The notes beneath the pieces are model-generated. The model ran no database searches and was not told the origin of the DNA. It was given only the letters and a program-made list of their open reading frames with translations. Both the position numbers and the translations under genes were made by a program. A stretch of 64,000 nucleotides of DNA, from IMG/VR virus record IMGVR_UViG_3300037424_001177, positions 32,001-96,000 of that record; one strand, written 5' to 3'. The stretch comes from a virus. This document shows positions 62,172-64,000 of this stretch, in pieces (positions within the stretch are counted from its first letter, which is position 1; each line of letters begins with the position of its first letter).

Positions 62172-64000
62172 TGGCTGGGTACGGCGGCATAGGCTGGGGA
62201 GGCGGTGCTTGGGGGGACTCGGGCGCTGGGGAAGTCGCTGAGCTGTTCGACATCGAGATCGATGAAACGATCTCGATCACAGAAACAATCGAAGGGATTG
62301 TCCCACTTCGCGTAGTTTCTGCTGCGTCCTCTGCGTCGACGCTGGTCGTTATCGAGTTCTCCAGACCGCTCAACATTGCGTACCCTCCGCTCGTCAATCC
62401 GGCGAACTACACGATCCCTGGATTGTCAGTCACAGGGGCGGTTGTACTTGATTCGACGCATGTCCGACTCAACACATCGTTTCAGCTGGCGATTCTCTAC
62501 GTCGTCACCGTTACCGACGCTCAAACCACAACCGGCGTTGATTTAGGAACGGATGATTTTGCGTCGTTTGTCGGATTCTCAATTGGAACGACGACCTTTT
62601 TTGTCGGGGCTCAGGCTCTGTCGAAAATTGAGTTCGTGTTTTCGAACCCGATGTTGGTGAACGCAGCATTCACCAACACAGGAAACTACACGATACGGAC
62701 CACGACTGGTGGAGCTGTAATCCCGGTTTTGACCGCGACTGTTTCAGGTCCTCTGCCGATCCAACGACTCACACTCACTCTTGGCGCTGAGCTGAACTCC
62801 AAAGAGTACTACGCAGCGATCATCAGTACTGTCGTCAAAGATGTTCTGAATCAAGCTGTCGTCAACGATACCGACATTTTTCAGTGGGCAGATGCGACCG
62901 AGGCTATTGCAGTCTCTCCGCTTGAGATCCCCATCGAAAACTTTTCTGGTGAGGTCACAGGCGGGATCTTGGGTGATCCTGCTGGGCTTGTTTTCTTCTC
63001 GCCGGCTCTTGAGGCAGTTTCGAATCCGTCATTCATTGACGTGGAGGACGTATCTGTCTGCACTCGTGCTTACGACGAGTATCACTTTCCTGATCCCCCA
63101 GATCCGGAACCGTTGTTCACGTGGCGTCCTGGGATCACAAGTGTCATTGGCACTTCCGTTGTCTGGGCGCCGTTTGATCGGTTAGGTCAAGCTCGCATAG
63201 AGCTGCACCCACAGCACGCGAACGACGCGTTGCCTCCGATCTATGATTTTGCGATCTCCGACTTTGGTTCGATGATCACCGATACGCCGGTCGACGCGAT
63301 ACTTGGAGAACCGATCGATGTTTCACGTGGAGGGTTTCTCAACGATCCTCGTTTCGTGACATTTGGCTCCCAGAACGTCGCACAAGTGTCTGGCACGAAC
63401 GTCACCGTCGACAACACGCTGCTGGCTCTCGACGCGGTCACTGTCGAGCGTATTACTCCGAGCTTCACGACTGTGTGGGCAGGAGCACTGCCTCAATCGT
63501 TTCGAGCCCTCGACAATCTAACGCCAGTTGGTCCTGGACCGACGGTAACGCAACGGCTCTACTGGCCGGACATTCGTCATTTGTACGACGATGTAGCAGT
63601 CGACGATCAAGTGGTCATCAACATCTTGGAATCCTTTGCACAAGATACGATTTCGATGGTCGACCAGACGACAGTCCTCTCTTCGGGCGCAATTGTCGTT
63701 GAAGTAGAAGACGTCGTCAGCATTGTAGATAGTGTCGTCGCAGGGTTGACTTTGTTGGTTAGTGTCTCCGACACATTGTCCGTAACAGACACAGTCGCCG
63801 CTGGCCGGGAGATTGGGGCCACACTCACGGACACGATTGCGCTCACAGACACCGTGATCAGGGGCTTCGAGTACGACAGATCCAACAATGACACAGCAGT
63901 GGTTGTGGACTTTACGTGGACGCAGGCACCTGTTCAGTTGCACGACACAACGTTCAGTCCAGTCGGGTTGTGGCAGTTCCAGAATGACCTCACTGACAGT
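62171..64000 (+). CDS. large virion-associated protein truncated by the window edge (Ig-like, D/S/T repeats, start of a LamG-like domain)
   Basis: ATG 62171 MAGYGGIGWGGGAWG...; in frame with the last codons PVGLWQFQNDLTDS at 64000. It is absent from the ORF track, consistent with having no stop in the window; I did not check every interior codon. Confidence 0.75.
   Translation, partial: MAGYGGIGWGGGAWGDSGAGEVAELFDIEIDETISITETIEGIVPLRVVSAASSASTLVVIEFSRPLNIAYPPLVNPANYTIPGLSVTGAVVLDSTHVRLNTSFQLAILYVVTVTDAQTTTGVDLGTDDFASFVGFSIGTTTFFVGAQALSKIEFVFSNPMLVNAAFTNTGNYTIRTTTGGAVIPVLTATVSGPLPIQRLTLTLGAELNSKEYYAAIISTVVKDVLNQAVVNDTDIFQWADATEAIAVSPLEIPIENFSGEVTGGILGDPAGLVFFSPALEAVSNPSFIDVEDVSVCTRAYDEYHFPDPPDPEPLFTWRPGITSVIGTSVVWAPFDRLGQARIELHPQHANDALPPIYDFAISDFGSMITDTPVDAILGEPIDVSRGGFLNDPRFVTFGSQNVAQVSGTNVTVDNTLLALDAVTVERITPSFTTVWAGALPQSFRALDNLTPVGPGPTVTQRLYWPDIRHLYDDVAVDDQVVINILESFAQDTISMVDQTTVLSSGAIVVEVEDVVSIVDSVVAGLTLLVSVSDTLSVTDTVAAGREIGATLTDTIALTDTVIRGFEYDRSNNDTAVVVDFTWTQAPVQLHDTTFSPVGLWQFQNDLTDS

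Noticed and set aside
1-64000. Alternative genetic code (stop-codon reassignment)
   Set aside because: Standard-code ORFs tile the window densely, and TAA, TAG and TGA all end well-defined genes.
1-64000. tRNA, rRNA or CRISPR arrays
   Set aside because: Intergenic gaps are short, and I saw no cloverleaf or regularly spaced repeats; a tRNAscan/Infernal run would be needed to exclude them formally.

Overview
This window looks like a 64 kb segment of a large (probably jumbo-size) tailed dsDNA phage genome. It is densely coding, almost entirely on the + strand. (1) 1-15.3 kb is a recombination/replication/transcription module: the end of a gp32-like SSB, RuvC, RecA, an SbcC/Rad50 split over two separate genes, SbcD/Mre11, a Cas4/RecB-like nuclease, an orphan TnpB, a beta-clamp, a Toprim primase, DnaX, an unusual NusG(NGN+KOW)-5'-3' exonuclease fusion and a tandem sigma-70 region-4 protein. 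(2) 15.6-33.5 kb is the packaging/head module: terminase, three tandem decoration-like paralogs, portal, a thymine-hypermodification-family gene, prohead protease, Q/D-rich scaffold, decoration protein, HK97-fold major capsid protein and a terminator. (3) 33.6-64 kb holds a thermonuclease, Ung, many putative virion proteins, a methyltransferase-glycosyltransferase-TPR fusion, a decayed homing-endonuclease-like remnant, a minus-strand island with a Dam-like methylase, a 2212-aa repeat/lectin protein, a papain-like protease, a Cys-rich lipoprotein and a large ORF running off the end. The most notable observations are the NusG-exonuclease fusion preceded by a 42-bp copy of the tnpB start fused to a perfect hairpin, the split Rad50, a candidate late-promoter/leaderless motif with an SD-sequestering hairpin, a recurrent [K/R]-x-A motif in head proteins, and a candidate virion-glycosylation system. 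I found no CRISPR array, rRNA or tRNA. All family assignments come from motif recognition by eye; no database searches were run.
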